From: Clostridiales bacterium
GTDB taxonomy: Bacteria > Bacillota > Clostridia > TANB77 > CAG-508
DNA length: 64,000 nucleotides
NCBI GenBank assembly: GCA_003507395.1
Contig: DNVW01000013.1
Span: 47,696-111,695, forward strand
Direction of reading: 5' to 3'
Made by a program: the position numbers and the translations under genes. A model generated the notes under the pieces. The model was not told the DNA's origin, ran no database searches, and worked only from the letters and a program-made list of their open reading frames with translations. Below, piece by piece: positions 1 through 10,100 of the stretch (positions are counted from its first letter, which is position 1; each line of letters opens with the position of its first letter).

Positions 1-846
1 GAAAAGATAGATAATGAAATTGAATATTTAAGAAAGATGGATGTTGTATTTCCAGCATTACATGGATTATATGGAGAAGATGGTACAATACAAGGCTTAT
101 TAGAATTACTTAAAATAAAATATGTTGGTTGTAAGGTTTTAGCTTCATCTGTTTCTATGGATAAAGTATATACAAAAGTGCTTTTCGAAAAGGCAGGAAT
201 TCCGCAAGCAAATTATATTTATATAAAAGCTTGTAACAATACATACACATTTGTAGATAAGCAGTTTAATGAACAAAAATTAGAGTTAGAAGAAATCAGC
301 GAAAAGGTAGAAAAACAATTAGGATATCCTGTATTTGTTAAGCCTTCTAACTCTGGTTCATCTGTTGGAATAAATAAGGCAAAAAATAGCGAAGAATTAA
401 AACAAGCTATTATGTATGCTGAAAAATATGATACTAAAATATTAATAGAAGAAGAGATAAAAGGACGAGAAATAGAATGTGCTGTTTTAGAGGATGAGGA
501 GGTAAAAGCTTCAACTGTTGGAGAAATACTTCCAGCAGACGAATTTTACACATTTGATGCTAAATATAAGAATCAAGCATCAAGAACAGTAATTCCAGCA
601 GAATTAGAACAAGACAAAATAGAAGAAACAAGAAATATGGCAATAAAAGCTTTTAAAGCTGTTGACGGAAGCGGATTAGCAAGAGTTGACTTTTTTATAA
701 AAAAAGCAGATAACAAAGTATATATAAACGAAATAAACACAATGCCAGGCTTTACACAAATAAGTATGTATCCAAAATTATGGGAAAAATGTGGAATACA
801 ATATTCAGATTTACTAGATAAGTTGATTGAAAGTGCAAAAAAATAA
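1..846 (+). CDS. ddl: D-alanine--D-alanine ligase, 3' portion (5' end lies outside the window)
   Basis: The frame is open from nt 1 ([22 protein letters not shown]...). It carries ATP-grasp Ddl C-terminal motifs ([26 protein letters not shown]). Confidence 0.85.
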   Translation, partial: EKIDNEIEYLRKMDVVFPALHGLYGEDGTIQGLLELLKIKYVGCKVLASSVSMDKVYTKVLFEKAGIPQANYIYIKACNNTYTFVDKQFNEQKLELEEISEKVEKQLGYPVFVKPSNSGSSVGINKAKNSEELKQAIMYAEKYDTKILIEEEIKGREIECAVLEDEEVKASTVGEILPADEFYTFDAKYKNQASRTVIPAELEQDKIEETRNMAIKAFKAVDGSGLARVDFFIKKADNKVYINEINTMPGFTQISMYPKLWEKCGIQYSDLLDKLIESAKK

Positions 847-873
847 AATATATTAAATAGGAAAAGATGAAAA

Positions 874-1449
874 ATGGAATTATTAGAGGAGATAAATAAC
901 AGAATAAAAAACACATTATCAGAAAAAAGATATTTCCATTCTGTTTGTACAATGAACAGAATGGAAATATTAGCTAAAATATATAATGTTGATGTAGAAA
1001 AGGCAAAGTTAGTAGGCATAATACATGATATAGCAAAAGAAATGACTGCAAAAGAGGCATTTGAATATGTGAAAAAGTATAATTTGAAAATTGATGAAAT
1101 AGAAGAAAAGTGCCCAAGGTTATTACATGCAAAAATAGGTGCACATATTGCAAAAGTCGAATATAATTTTATAGATGAGATGTGTACTGCTATAGCAGTA
1201 CATACAACAGCAAAAGCGAACATGAGTATAATGGACAAGATATTATTTATGGCAGATTCAACAGGAGAGGACAGAAAATGGCCAGATGTGCCATATGTAC
1301 GAGAATTAGCTGAAAAAGACATAGATGCTGCAATTTTATATATGTTAGATTTAAATATTAAAGATATGATAGATGCAAAAGAATTAATACATCCTGATAG
1401 TATATTAGCAAGAAATTTCTTGATAGAAAGTAAAAATACTTCTAGATGA
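874..1449 (+). CDS. HD-domain phosphohydrolase, YqeK-like (bis(5'-nucleosyl)-tetraphosphatase family)
   Basis: 191 aa with an HD motif (GIIHDIAK). Size and sequence pattern fit YqeK-family HD hydrolases. Confidence 0.6.
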   Translation: MELLEEINNRIKNTLSEKRYFHSVCTMNRMEILAKIYNVDVEKAKLVGIIHDIAKEMTAKEAFEYVKKYNLKIDEIEEKCPRLLHAKIGAHIAKVEYNFIDEMCTAIAVHTTAKANMSIMDKILFMADSTGEDRKWPDVPYVRELAEKDIDAAILYMLDLNIKDMIDAKELIHPDSILARNFLIESKNTSR

Positions 1450-1546
1450 AGATAATAAAATGAATTTTGCAATTGTGTTAGTATGTAAGGTATTTATGCA
1501 AAGTGGTGTATCCATAGGAAAATTGCTTAAAAAACTTGAAAATGTA

Positions 1547-1575
1547 ACAAAAATGTAATATAATTGTAATATATG
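1547..1575 (+). promoter_or_regulatory. sigma-A-like promoter (TTGAAA-17-TATAAT)
   Basis: Read directly from the sequence upstream of the large surface-protein gene. Confidence 0.4.
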
Positions 1576-1656
1576 AATTCGATATATGTATTTGCTATAT
1601 CCGTAATAACTAGAATAAAGTTTAAGAAAATGATGGAAAAGTAGGCAAATACTGTT

Positions 1657-1685
1657 ATTGACTTACAATGGAAAAAAATATAAAA
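1657..1685 (+). promoter_or_regulatory. sigma-A-like promoter (TTGACT-17-TAAAAT) for the DUF11 surface protein gene
   Basis: Consensus-like -35/-10 about 40 nt upstream of the RBS AAAAGGTGG. Confidence 0.45.
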
Positions 1686-1723
1686 TAAAAATATATAAAT
1701 AGGTAAAAAAGGTGGTAAAAGGA

Positions 1724-4700
1724 ATGAAACTAAAAAGAAAAATTGTACTTATTATATTATTAACATTTATATTTATACTTGTAGCAGGAACATTTAACAC
1801 AATTAGTGCAAGAACCGAAAATAAATGGTTTGGTTTAGAGCTATATCGTGAATCTGGCAATGGGTATATAGTAAATGAAAAAAATGTATGGGAGATATGC
1901 TCGTATGGAACAGGAACAACACCATCAGCAGTAGCTGATCACAGCGAAACAATATATTGTTTGAGAGCAGGAATAGGATTCGGAAGTGAAAACTGGGGTA
2001 ACTCAGTTACAGAGAAAAAACTATATACTAGCTCTTTTGATATGAAACAAGAGAAAATACCGGAAGAATACCTGACAGTATTACCAGAAGGCGAAAATTA
2101 TAAAAAGATGCTATGGATATTAGATAATGCATATGTAGCACCAAAAACACAGCAGGAAGAACAGGCTGCAACTGAATATAAAAAGCAATTATTAGCTAAA
2201 GCAGGAATACCTGAAAGCGAAATTAAATTAACAGATGAAGATATAGATGCAGCACAACAATTAGCAATATGGTATTTTACAAATCCTAATTCTGAATATC
2301 AAGTAGGAGATACATTTATATTCTATATACAAAATGAGGATGGAAGGTTTGCTTTAAATGGAAAAATTGGTGGAGAATATATTTTTGAAAATGGTCAAGA
2401 AAGACACCAACAAGCTAATAAATTAGTTAGATACCTTATAGATAATGCGAATGCACAAGCAGCTTTGAGTCCTTCAATGAATAGTACAATAAAACCACTT
2501 GAAATAGAAAAAACAAATCCTACTGTAAATGTAGAAAATAATAAATATGTAATAGGACCATATAAAATAAAACAAAATATTAATTGTGAGTATACATATG
2601 ATGTTACTTTTACAGATGGAAATGGAAATGAAATAGAAAATTATACTATATTAGATAGTAGCAATACTACACTATCAAATATAGAAGTAAATAAAGAATT
2701 TTATATCTCTGTACCAATGTCAACAAACGTAAATGAATTTAAAATGAAAATAAACTTTTCATATTTTGGAACAGATATAAGATATTGGGTTGTAACAAAT
2801 GCTGTGGCATCAAATCAACCAATAGCTATAGTAGACAGAAAGAAAATAGAAGCAGAAGATGAGATAACAACAAGCTATACAAAACCACAATTTGACTTAG
2901 CTCTAAGAAAATTCATAACGAAAGTAAATGAAGTAGAACTAACAGGAGATGATAGCAGAATACCACAAGTGGATACAACACCATTAATAAGTGAAAGTTC
3001 TACTACAGCCATTTACAAACATGGTAAGAACCCAGTAATAGTAAAAACAGGAGACATAGTAACATATACAATAAGAATATACAATGAAGGAAAAGCAGAT
3101 GGATATGTAGCTATGGTAGAAGATGTTTTACCAGCGGGGTTAGCATTGGTGGCTAATAGCCAAATAAACACAGATAATGGCTGGGAAGTGCTAAAAACTG
3201 GCGATGGAAAAACATATGTAGGAACAAATAAATTGGCAAATCAACTAATTTCAGCATTTAATGGAGAAGAGTTAGATTATAAAGATTTAGAAATTGAATG
3301 TGAAGTAACAATGACAGCAGGAAATGAAAATATAGTATTAAAAAACATTGCAGAAATAACATCTGATTCAAATATATATCAAGAAAAAGACAGAGACTCA
3401 GAACCAGGAAATGTAGATTTATCAACATATGGAACAACAAGTCAAGAAGATGATGATGATTTTGAACAATTAGTAATTAAACCAATAGAGGTTAAACCAG
3501 AATTTGATTTAGCATTAAGAAAATTTATTATACAAATAAATGGTGTGGATTTAGAAACATTAGGGTTGGAAAATAGAGAACCACAAGTAGACGTATCACC
3601 ATTAATACATAATAGAAAAACTTTAAATACTACAGCAATATATAATCATCCTAAAACATCAGTAAAAGTTAAAAAGGGTGATATAGTAACATATACAATA
3701 AGAGTATATAACGAAGGTGAAATGGCAGGATATGCGACAAAAGTTGAAGATATATTGCCAGCAGGTTTGAAATTAGCAGAAAATAGTACAATCAACGAAA
3801 AATATGGTTGGAAAGCAGTAAAACATGAATATATAGAAGGTGCAACTGTAGTACATACTACTTATTTACAAGATACAGAAATAGAAGCATTTAATGGAGA
3901 AGAATTAGATTATAAAGATTTAATTATTGAATGTGTAGTTACTGCGACACCAGGAACAGAAGAAGAGATTGTTATAAGAAATGTGGCTGAAATAGCAGCT
4001 GATAATAATGCTCTAGATATGGAAGACAGAGATTCAGAACCAGGAAATTTAACAGTAGAAACATTTAACGAAGAAGAGCACGAAGATGATGAAGACTTTG
4101 AAAAATTAGTAATTGAACCGGTATTAAAAACGGAATTTGATTTAGCATTAAGAAAATTTGTAACATCTGTGAATGGAGTAGAATTAAAAGATGAAAATGA
4201 TAATTATTTAAGAGCACCTATTGTAGATATAACAAAATTATTAAATGGAACTGCTAAAACAGCGGTATATAACCACTCAAAAACTCCTGTAGCAGTTGAT
4301 TTGGGAGATGAAGTTATATATACAATAAGAGTATATAACGAAGGTGAAGAAGATGGATATGTTACAGAAATAACAGACCATATACCTAAACAACTAGAAT
4401 TTATAATAGATGATGAGTTGAATGCAAGTTATGGATGGCAAGTAAGCAATGATGGCAGAACAGTTAAAACAGATATTACATCATTAAATACACAATACTC
4501 AGCTAATAGGGATCTTATATATGAAGATAGAAAACCAGGAAACGATAAAGTAAAATTAGATAAACTTTCAACAAATGGAATTGATTACATAGATGTACAG
4601 ATAAAATGCAAAGTAAAAGAAAATAGTGATATATACAAAAAAATTACAAATATAGCAGAAGTTACAGGATATGTAGATCTAAATGGAAATACTTCTTCAG

Positions 4701-6058
4701 ATAGAGATTCAACAGCATATGTTGTTTTACCAACAGATGAGACATTGCCAAATTATAAAGATGATGAAATAAATAATGGAGATGAATATATTCCAGGACA
4801 AGAAGATGATGACGATTTTGAAAAATTAGTATTACAAAGATTTGATTTAGCATTAAGGAAATTTATAACTGGAGTAAATGACGAGGAAGTAACAGAAAGA
4901 ATACCAATATTTACTAAAAATGCTGATGGAACACATACATATGAGCATCCAAAAACACCTCTAGGAGTAGTAAATGGCGACTTGGTAACATATACATTAA
5001 GAATTTACAATGAGGGAAATCAAGCAGGATATGCAGAAACTGTAAAAGATGATATACCAGAAGGATTAGAGTATTTACCAGAAAATGAATTAAATATAAG
5101 CTACAGATGGAAAATGTATAAAGAAGATGGAGAATTGGCAACGAATGTAGAAGAAGCTAAATACATAGAGACAGATTACTTATCAAAAGAGCAAGAAAAG
5201 ACAGAAGGCGAAAACTTAATACAAGCATATAATCCATCTACAATGACACAACCTGATTATAAAGATGTAAAAGTTGTATTTAAGGTAAAAGAGCCAAATA
5301 CTTCAGACAGAATAATAATAAATACTGCAGAGATTTCTGATGATAGTGATGAATATGGCAACCCTGTTGATGATGTCGATTCAACACCAAATAATAATAA
5401 ACCAGAAGAAGATGACATAGATGTTGAAAAAATTAAAGTAAAATATTTTGATTTAGCTTTGAAGAAATGGGTAACTTCATCAATAACCATATATGATGGA
5501 AAAACTACAATTGTAAAAACTGGACACACAGGAGACGAAGATCCAGAACCAGTTGTTAAAGTAGATATTAAAGAAAGCAGATTAAAAGATACAATTGTAA
5601 AATTTACTTATAATATCAAAGTGACAAATGAAGGCGAAATAGCAGGTTATGTTAAAGAAATATCTGACTACATACCAGAAGGGCTAAAATTTGTTAAAGA
5701 AGATAATCCAGAGTGGGAAGAGGTAGATGGCAAAGTAGTAACAACACAACTAGAAAATACATTACTACAACCAGGAGAAAGCGCAATAGTAGAAATAACC
5801 TTAACATGGATAAATGATAAAAACAACTTAGGCTTAAAAGTAAATGTTGCAGAAATAAGCAAAGATTATAATGACAGCAATACACCAGATATAGATTCTA
5901 CTCCAAACAACAAAGTGGAAGGAGAAGATGACCAAGACGATGCACCAGTAATCTTATCATTACAAACAGGTGTAACTGGACAATATATAGTTTTAACAAT
6001 GTCAATATTAATAATAATAGCAACTGGAGTAATATTAATTAAAAAATATGTAATATAA
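1724..6058 (+). CDS. Large secreted or cell-surface protein with five tandem DUF11-like (conserved repeat domain) modules and a C-terminal sorting-signal-like tail
   Basis: Start ATG 1724 (MKLKRK...) follows SD AAAAGGTGG; the track's GTG 1712 is the alternative. N-terminal signal peptide, an N-terminal domain of about 390 aa, then five modules each beginning FDLAL(R/K)K(F/W) and containing VTYT(I/L)R(I/V)YNEG...GY. Acidic EDDDDFE(K/Q)LV linkers join them. The C-terminus reads ...ILSLQTGVTGQYIVLTMSILIIIATGVILIKKYVI (motif, TM helix, basic tail). Confidence 0.85.
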   Translation: MKLKRKIVLIILLTFIFILVAGTFNTISARTENKWFGLELYRESGNGYIVNEKNVWEICSYGTGTTPSAVADHSETIYCLRAGIGFGSENWGNSVTEKKLYTSSFDMKQEKIPEEYLTVLPEGENYKKMLWILDNAYVAPKTQQEEQAATEYKKQLLAKAGIPESEIKLTDEDIDAAQQLAIWYFTNPNSEYQVGDTFIFYIQNEDGRFALNGKIGGEYIFENGQERHQQANKLVRYLIDNANAQAALSPSMNSTIKPLEIEKTNPTVNVENNKYVIGPYKIKQNINCEYTYDVTFTDGNGNEIENYTILDSSNTTLSNIEVNKEFYISVPMSTNVNEFKMKINFSYFGTDIRYWVVTNAVASNQPIAIVDRKKIEAEDEITTSYTKPQFDLALRKFITKVNEVELTGDDSRIPQVDTTPLISESSTTAIYKHGKNPVIVKTGDIVTYTIRIYNEGKADGYVAMVEDVLPAGLALVANSQINTDNGWEVLKTGDGKTYVGTNKLANQLISAFNGEELDYKDLEIECEVTMTAGNENIVLKNIAEITSDSNIYQEKDRDSEPGNVDLSTYGTTSQEDDDDFEQLVIKPIEVKPEFDLALRKFIIQINGVDLETLGLENREPQVDVSPLIHNRKTLNTTAIYNHPKTSVKVKKGDIVTYTIRVYNEGEMAGYATKVEDILPAGLKLAENSTINEKYGWKAVKHEYIEGATVVHTTYLQDTEIEAFNGEELDYKDLIIECVVTATPGTEEEIVIRNVAEIAADNNALDMEDRDSEPGNLTVETFNEEEHEDDEDFEKLVIEPVLKTEFDLALRKFVTSVNGVELKDENDNYLRAPIVDITKLLNGTAKTAVYNHSKTPVAVDLGDEVIYTIRVYNEGEEDGYVTEITDHIPKQLEFIIDDELNASYGWQVSNDGRTVKTDITSLNTQYSANRDLIYEDRKPGNDKVKLDKLSTNGIDYIDVQIKCKVKENSDIYKKITNIAEVTGYVDLNGNTSSDRDSTAYVVLPTDETLPNYKDDEINNGDEYIPGQEDDDDFEKLVLQRFDLALRKFITGVNDEEVTERIPIFTKNADGTHTYEHPKTPLGVVNGDLVTYTLRIYNEGNQAGYAETVKDDIPEGLEYLPENELNISYRWKMYKEDGELATNVEEAKYIETDYLSKEQEKTEGENLIQAYNPSTMTQPDYKDVKVVFKVKEPNTSDRIIINTAEISDDSDEYGNPVDDVDSTPNNNKPEEDDIDVEKIKVKYFDLALKKWVTSSITIYDGKTTIVKTGHTGDEDPEPVVKVDIKESRLKDTIVKFTYNIKVTNEGEIAGYVKEISDYIPEGLKFVKEDNPEWEEVDGKVVTTQLENTLLQPGESAIVEITLTWINDKNNLGLKVNVAEISKDYNDSNTPDIDSTPNNKVEGEDDQDDAPVILSLQTGVTGQYIVLTMSILIIIATGVILIKKYVI
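2881..5840 (+). repeat. Five divergent tandem DUF11-like coding repeats (period about 600-710 bp) inside the surface-protein gene
   Basis: FDLALRKF occurs near nt 2890, 3500, 4135, 4843 and 5446. Each is followed by a D-x-DSEPGN or DSTPNN motif. Amino-acid conservation with nucleotide divergence indicates an old duplication. Confidence 0.8.
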
Positions 6059-6070
6059 CATAACCAAAAA

Positions 6071-6100
6071 AGACAGAGATAACTTCTCTGTCTTCTTTGT
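6071..6100 (+). terminator. Intrinsic terminator hairpin (AGACAGAGA-taact-TCTCTGTCT)
   Basis: Perfect 9-bp stem immediately after the stop of the surface-protein gene, followed by a U-rich tract. Confidence 0.6.
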
Positions 6101-6160
6101 GCCAAAATTCCCCGTCCCCATTGGCAGAAAAATGTGTCAAAGGGGACGGGGAATTTTGGC
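6101..6160. repeat. GC-rich palindromic element, copy C (perfect 19-bp inverted repeat GCCAAAATTCCCCGTCCCC / GGGGACGGGGAATTTTGGC with a 22-nt loop)
   Basis: Seen directly. Related in motif content (GGGAC-G-CCC core plus AATT) to the elements at 30681-30805 and 45255-45392. Followed by a T-run (acatcttttt). Confidence 0.7.
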
Positions 6161-6261
6161 ACATCTTTTTAAATTGCTTATTTTAAAAAAATACTATTTA
6201 CTTTTACTTTATTATATAATACAATATTAGCCAGTTAAAAATACGAATATGGAGTTTAGTT

Positions 6262-6756
6262 ATGTTTAAAAAATATATTTTAGTTTTTTTAGTTTCAATG
6301 ATACCACTTATAGAGTTAAGAGGAGCTGTACCGATTGGTCTTAGCAATTTGTGGGGGGACCCTATTTCTATATTGCCTCTTTATTTAATTTGTATTATAG
6401 GAAATATGTTACCAGTTCCTTTTATATTTTTCTTTGCTAGAAAAGTGTTGATTTGGGGAGCAGATAAAAAATTTATTGGAAGATTTTTTAAATTTTGCTT
6501 AGAAAAAGGAGAAAAAGGCGGAAGAAAATTGCAAGAAAAAGCAGGAAGAGGGTTATACTGGGCATTATTTATTTTTGTTGGAATTCCGCTTCCTGGTACA
6601 GGTGCATGGACAGGTACTCTTGCAGCAAGTTTGTTAGATATGGATTTTAAAAAAAGTAGTATTGCTGTAATGGCAGGGGTTATTTTAGCAGGAATAATTA
6701 TGGGGTTGGCATCAGCAGGAGTTTTCGGAGCAATTGGAGCAATTTTAGGTGCATAA
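6262..6756 (+). CDS. Small multidrug export-family (Sm_multidrug_ex-like) membrane protein
   Basis: 164 aa, polytopic, with the IELRGAVPIG motif typical of COG2426/PF06695 proteins. Confidence 0.5.
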   Translation: MFKKYILVFLVSMIPLIELRGAVPIGLSNLWGDPISILPLYLICIIGNMLPVPFIFFFARKVLIWGADKKFIGRFFKFCLEKGEKGGRKLQEKAGRGLYWALFIFVGIPLPGTGAWTGTLAASLLDMDFKKSSIAVMAGVILAGIIMGLASAGVFGAIGAILGA

Positions 6757-6782
6757 AAAAATAGAAATAAAAAAATGGAAAC

Positions 6783-6812
6783 TATTGACAAGCGGTATGA
6801 AAATAAGGTATA
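6783..6812 (+). promoter_or_regulatory. sigma-A-like promoter (TTGACA-18-TATACT) at the head of a roughly 320-nt rpoB leader
   Basis: No ribosomal-protein gene lies upstream, so rpoB needs its own promoter. This is the best -35/-10 match in the leader. Confidence 0.45.
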
Positions 6813-6914
6813 CTAATAAATAGATGTGTTAATATGGAGAGACATTAATTTCATTTAGAAACAAGGGTGATTAAAATAAAAAACATGTTTTTAAAGGAAA
6901 TCTAAAAAACAAAA

Positions 6915-6952
6915 GAGTTGACAAAAAATAAGTTTTGTCAATAGTTTTTTTG
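6915..6952 (+). promoter_or_regulatory. Palindrome in the rpoB leader (TTGACAAAA-aataag-TTTTGTCAA) followed by a T7 run; attenuator-like or operator
   Basis: 9-bp perfect inverted repeat plus T-run, seen directly. Confidence 0.35.
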
Positions 6953-7133
6953 TTGCTAAATATTGTAGTTATGTAAATTGTTTAAAAGAGGAATTGCTCT
7001 TAAAATTATTTATAATAATAGAACTTAGAGAGCAGGAAGTTCGTATTATTATAAATACTTTTTAAGAAGACAAGAAGGACTTTTAAATAATTTGATATAT
7101 ATTTTTCTGCTTAATATTTTTTAGAGGTGATTT

Positions 7134-10100
7134 TTGATGAAAGACATCAAGTATGAAAAATGTACTCGTAAGACTTTTGCAAAAATTGAAGATTCAATAG
7201 AAATGCCAAATCTTATTAAAGTACAAAAGGATTCATATGACTGGTTTGTAGAGGAAGGATTAGGAGAAATATTGAAAGATATTTCACCAATAGTTGATTA
7301 TTCTGGAAATCTAGTTCTTGAATTTTTAGATTACTACATGGAAGAAAAAACAAAATACACATTAGAGGAAGCAAAAGAAAGAGATGCGACATATGCAACA
7401 AGATTACATGTTAAAGTAAGGTTAATAAACCGTGAGACAGGTGAAATTAAAGAACAAGAAATTTATCTTGGAGATTTTCCACTTATGACAGATAGTGGAA
7501 CCTTTGTAATTAATGGAGCAGAAAGAGTAGTAGTAAGCCAATTGGTACGTTCGCCAGGATGTTACTATGCAAAAGAATTTGATCCAAAAACAGGAAAGAA
7601 AATATATACATCTACAGTAATGCCAATAAGAGGAGCTTGGCTAGAATATGAAACAGATGGAAATGACATTTTCTATGTAAGAGTAGACAGAACTAGAAAA
7701 TTACCAGTTACATCTTTATTAAGAGCTATAGGAATTGTTACAGATGAACAAATATTAGCTTTATTTGGTGATGAACCAAAAATTATAGCTACAATTCAAA
7801 AAGATACAGTTAAAACAGCTGAAGAAGCATTAATAGAAATTTATAAAAAGTTAAGACCAGGAGAACTTCCAACAGTAGATGCTGCAAGAAATTTGTTTAA
7901 TGGTTTGTTTTTCGATGACAGAAGATATGATTTGGCAAAAGTAGGTAGATATAAATTTAATAAAAAATTAAGTTTATCTTCTAGAATAGCAGGACAAGTA
8001 GCTTTTGAAGATATTATAGATGCAGAAACAGGCGAAGTTTTTGTAGAAAAAGATACAGTAATTTCAGAGGAAGTAGCAGAAAATATTAGAAATGCTGGAA
8101 TAAATATTGTAGATATAAAAGTAGATGATAAAAAAGTAAGAATTATAGGTAATGGAACAGTAAATATTCACAAAGTATTACCAAATGTGGATTTATCTGA
8201 CCTACATATTAAAGAATATGTTAATTATGAAGTATTAAAGTCAATAATAGATACAACTCCGGAAGAAAAATTACATGATACTATAAAAGAGAGAATAAAT
8301 GAATTAATTCCAAGACATATAACAAACGAAGATATGATTGCATCAATAAGTTATTTATTAAACTTAGATAATGGATTAGGCAATGTTGATGATATAGATC
8401 ACTTAGGCAATAGACGTATTAGATGTGTTGGAGAATTATTACAAAATCAATTTAGAATTGGTTTAACAAGATTAGAAAGAGTCGTAAGAGAGAGAATGAC
8501 AATTCAAGACTTAGACGTAATTACTCCACAAACTCTAATAAACACAAAACCAATAACTTCATCAATTAAAGAATTCTTTGGAAGCTCACAATTATCACAA
8601 TTTATGGATCAAACAAACCCATTATCTGAGCTAACACATAAAAGAAGAATTTCTGCATTAGGACCAGGAGGACTTTCAAGAGAAAGAGCAGGATTCGAAG
8701 TTCGTGATATTCACTATACACACTATGGAAGACTTTGCCCTGTAGAATCACCAGAAGGACCAAATATTGGACTTATATCTGCACTTTCTTCATTTGCTAT
8801 TATTAATGAATATGGATTTGTAGAAACACCATATAGAAAAGTAGTAGATGGAAAAATAACAGATGAAATTACATATATGCCTGCTGATGAAGAAGACAAA
8901 TATATAATAGCACAAGCTTCAGAACCAGTTGATAAAGAAGGAAGATTTATCAATGATAGAATTAGGGTAAGACACAGAGAAGAAATAACAGTTGTTGATA
9001 AAGATAAAGTAAATTATGTAGATGTATCACCAAAACAATTAGTTTCTGTTGCAGCTGCAATGATACCTTTCTTAGAGCATGATGATGTTAAGCGTTCTTT
9101 GATGGGATCAAACATGCAACGTCAGGCAGTTCCATTACTTACAGTAGAATCACCAATTGTAGGAACAGGTATTGAATATAGAGCTGCTAAAGATTCTGGT
9201 ATTACAGTAATTGCAAAAGAAGACGGAATAGTAGAAAAAGTAACTGGTGATGAAATAACAATAAGAAACAAAAAAGATGGAATAGATGTATATCATTTGA
9301 GAAAATTTAAAAGAACAAATGGTGGTACTTGTATTAACCAAAGACCAGTTGTAGTAAAAGGAGAAAAGGTAAAAAAAGGAGACTTAATAGCAGATGGCCC
9401 TTCTACTAAAAATGGAGAAATGTCACTTGGAAAAAATGTTTTAATAGCATTTACAACATGGGAAGGTTATAACTACGAGGATGCTATTTTAATAAATGAA
9501 AGACTAGTAAAAGAGGATGTATACACTTCTATTCATATAGAAGAATATGATTGTGAATGTCGTGATACAAAACTTGGACCAGAAGAAATTACAAGAGATA
9601 TTCCAAATGTAGGTGACGATAGTTTAAAAGACTTAGATGAAAATGGAATTATTAGAATAGGTGCAGAAGTTAGACCAGGTGATATATTAGTAGGTAAAGT
9701 TACTCCTAAAGGAGAAACAGAGCTTACAGCAGAAGAAAGACTATTACGTGCTATATTCGGAGAAAAAGCTAGAGAAGTAAGAGATACTTCACTTCGTGTA
9801 CCACATGGAGAAGCTGGAACAATAGTAGATATAAAAATATTTACAAGAGAAAATTCAGATGAATTAGGACCTGGAGTAAATCAAATAATAAGATGTTATA
9901 TAGCTACAAAAAGAAAAATATCGGTTGGAGATAAAATGGCAGGACGTCACGGAAACAAAGGTGTTATATCTCGTATACTTCCAGAAGAAGATATGCCATT
10001 TTTACCAGATGGAACACCAGTAGATATAGTACTAAACCCACTTGGTGTACCTTCTCGTATGAATTTAGGTCAAGTTCTAGAAGTACATTTAGGAATGGCA

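Noticed and set aside
573-1472. 299-aa minus-strand ORF antisense to ddl and yqeK, plus many similar 60-250-aa antisense ORFs in the track (e.g. 14132-14596, 15161-15553, 31391-31942, 40610-41080, 52539-53288, 45866-46414)
   Set aside because: Low-complexity F/I/L/S-rich translations are typical of reading AT-rich coding DNA antisense. They have no RBS or promoter and fully overlap well-supported genes.
6120-6141. Possible sigma-54 -24/-12 element (TGGCAG-N5-TGTGTC) in the loop of repeat copy C
   Set aside because: The -12 element (TTGC) is not matched, and no EBP gene or sigma-54-dependent gene context is nearby.
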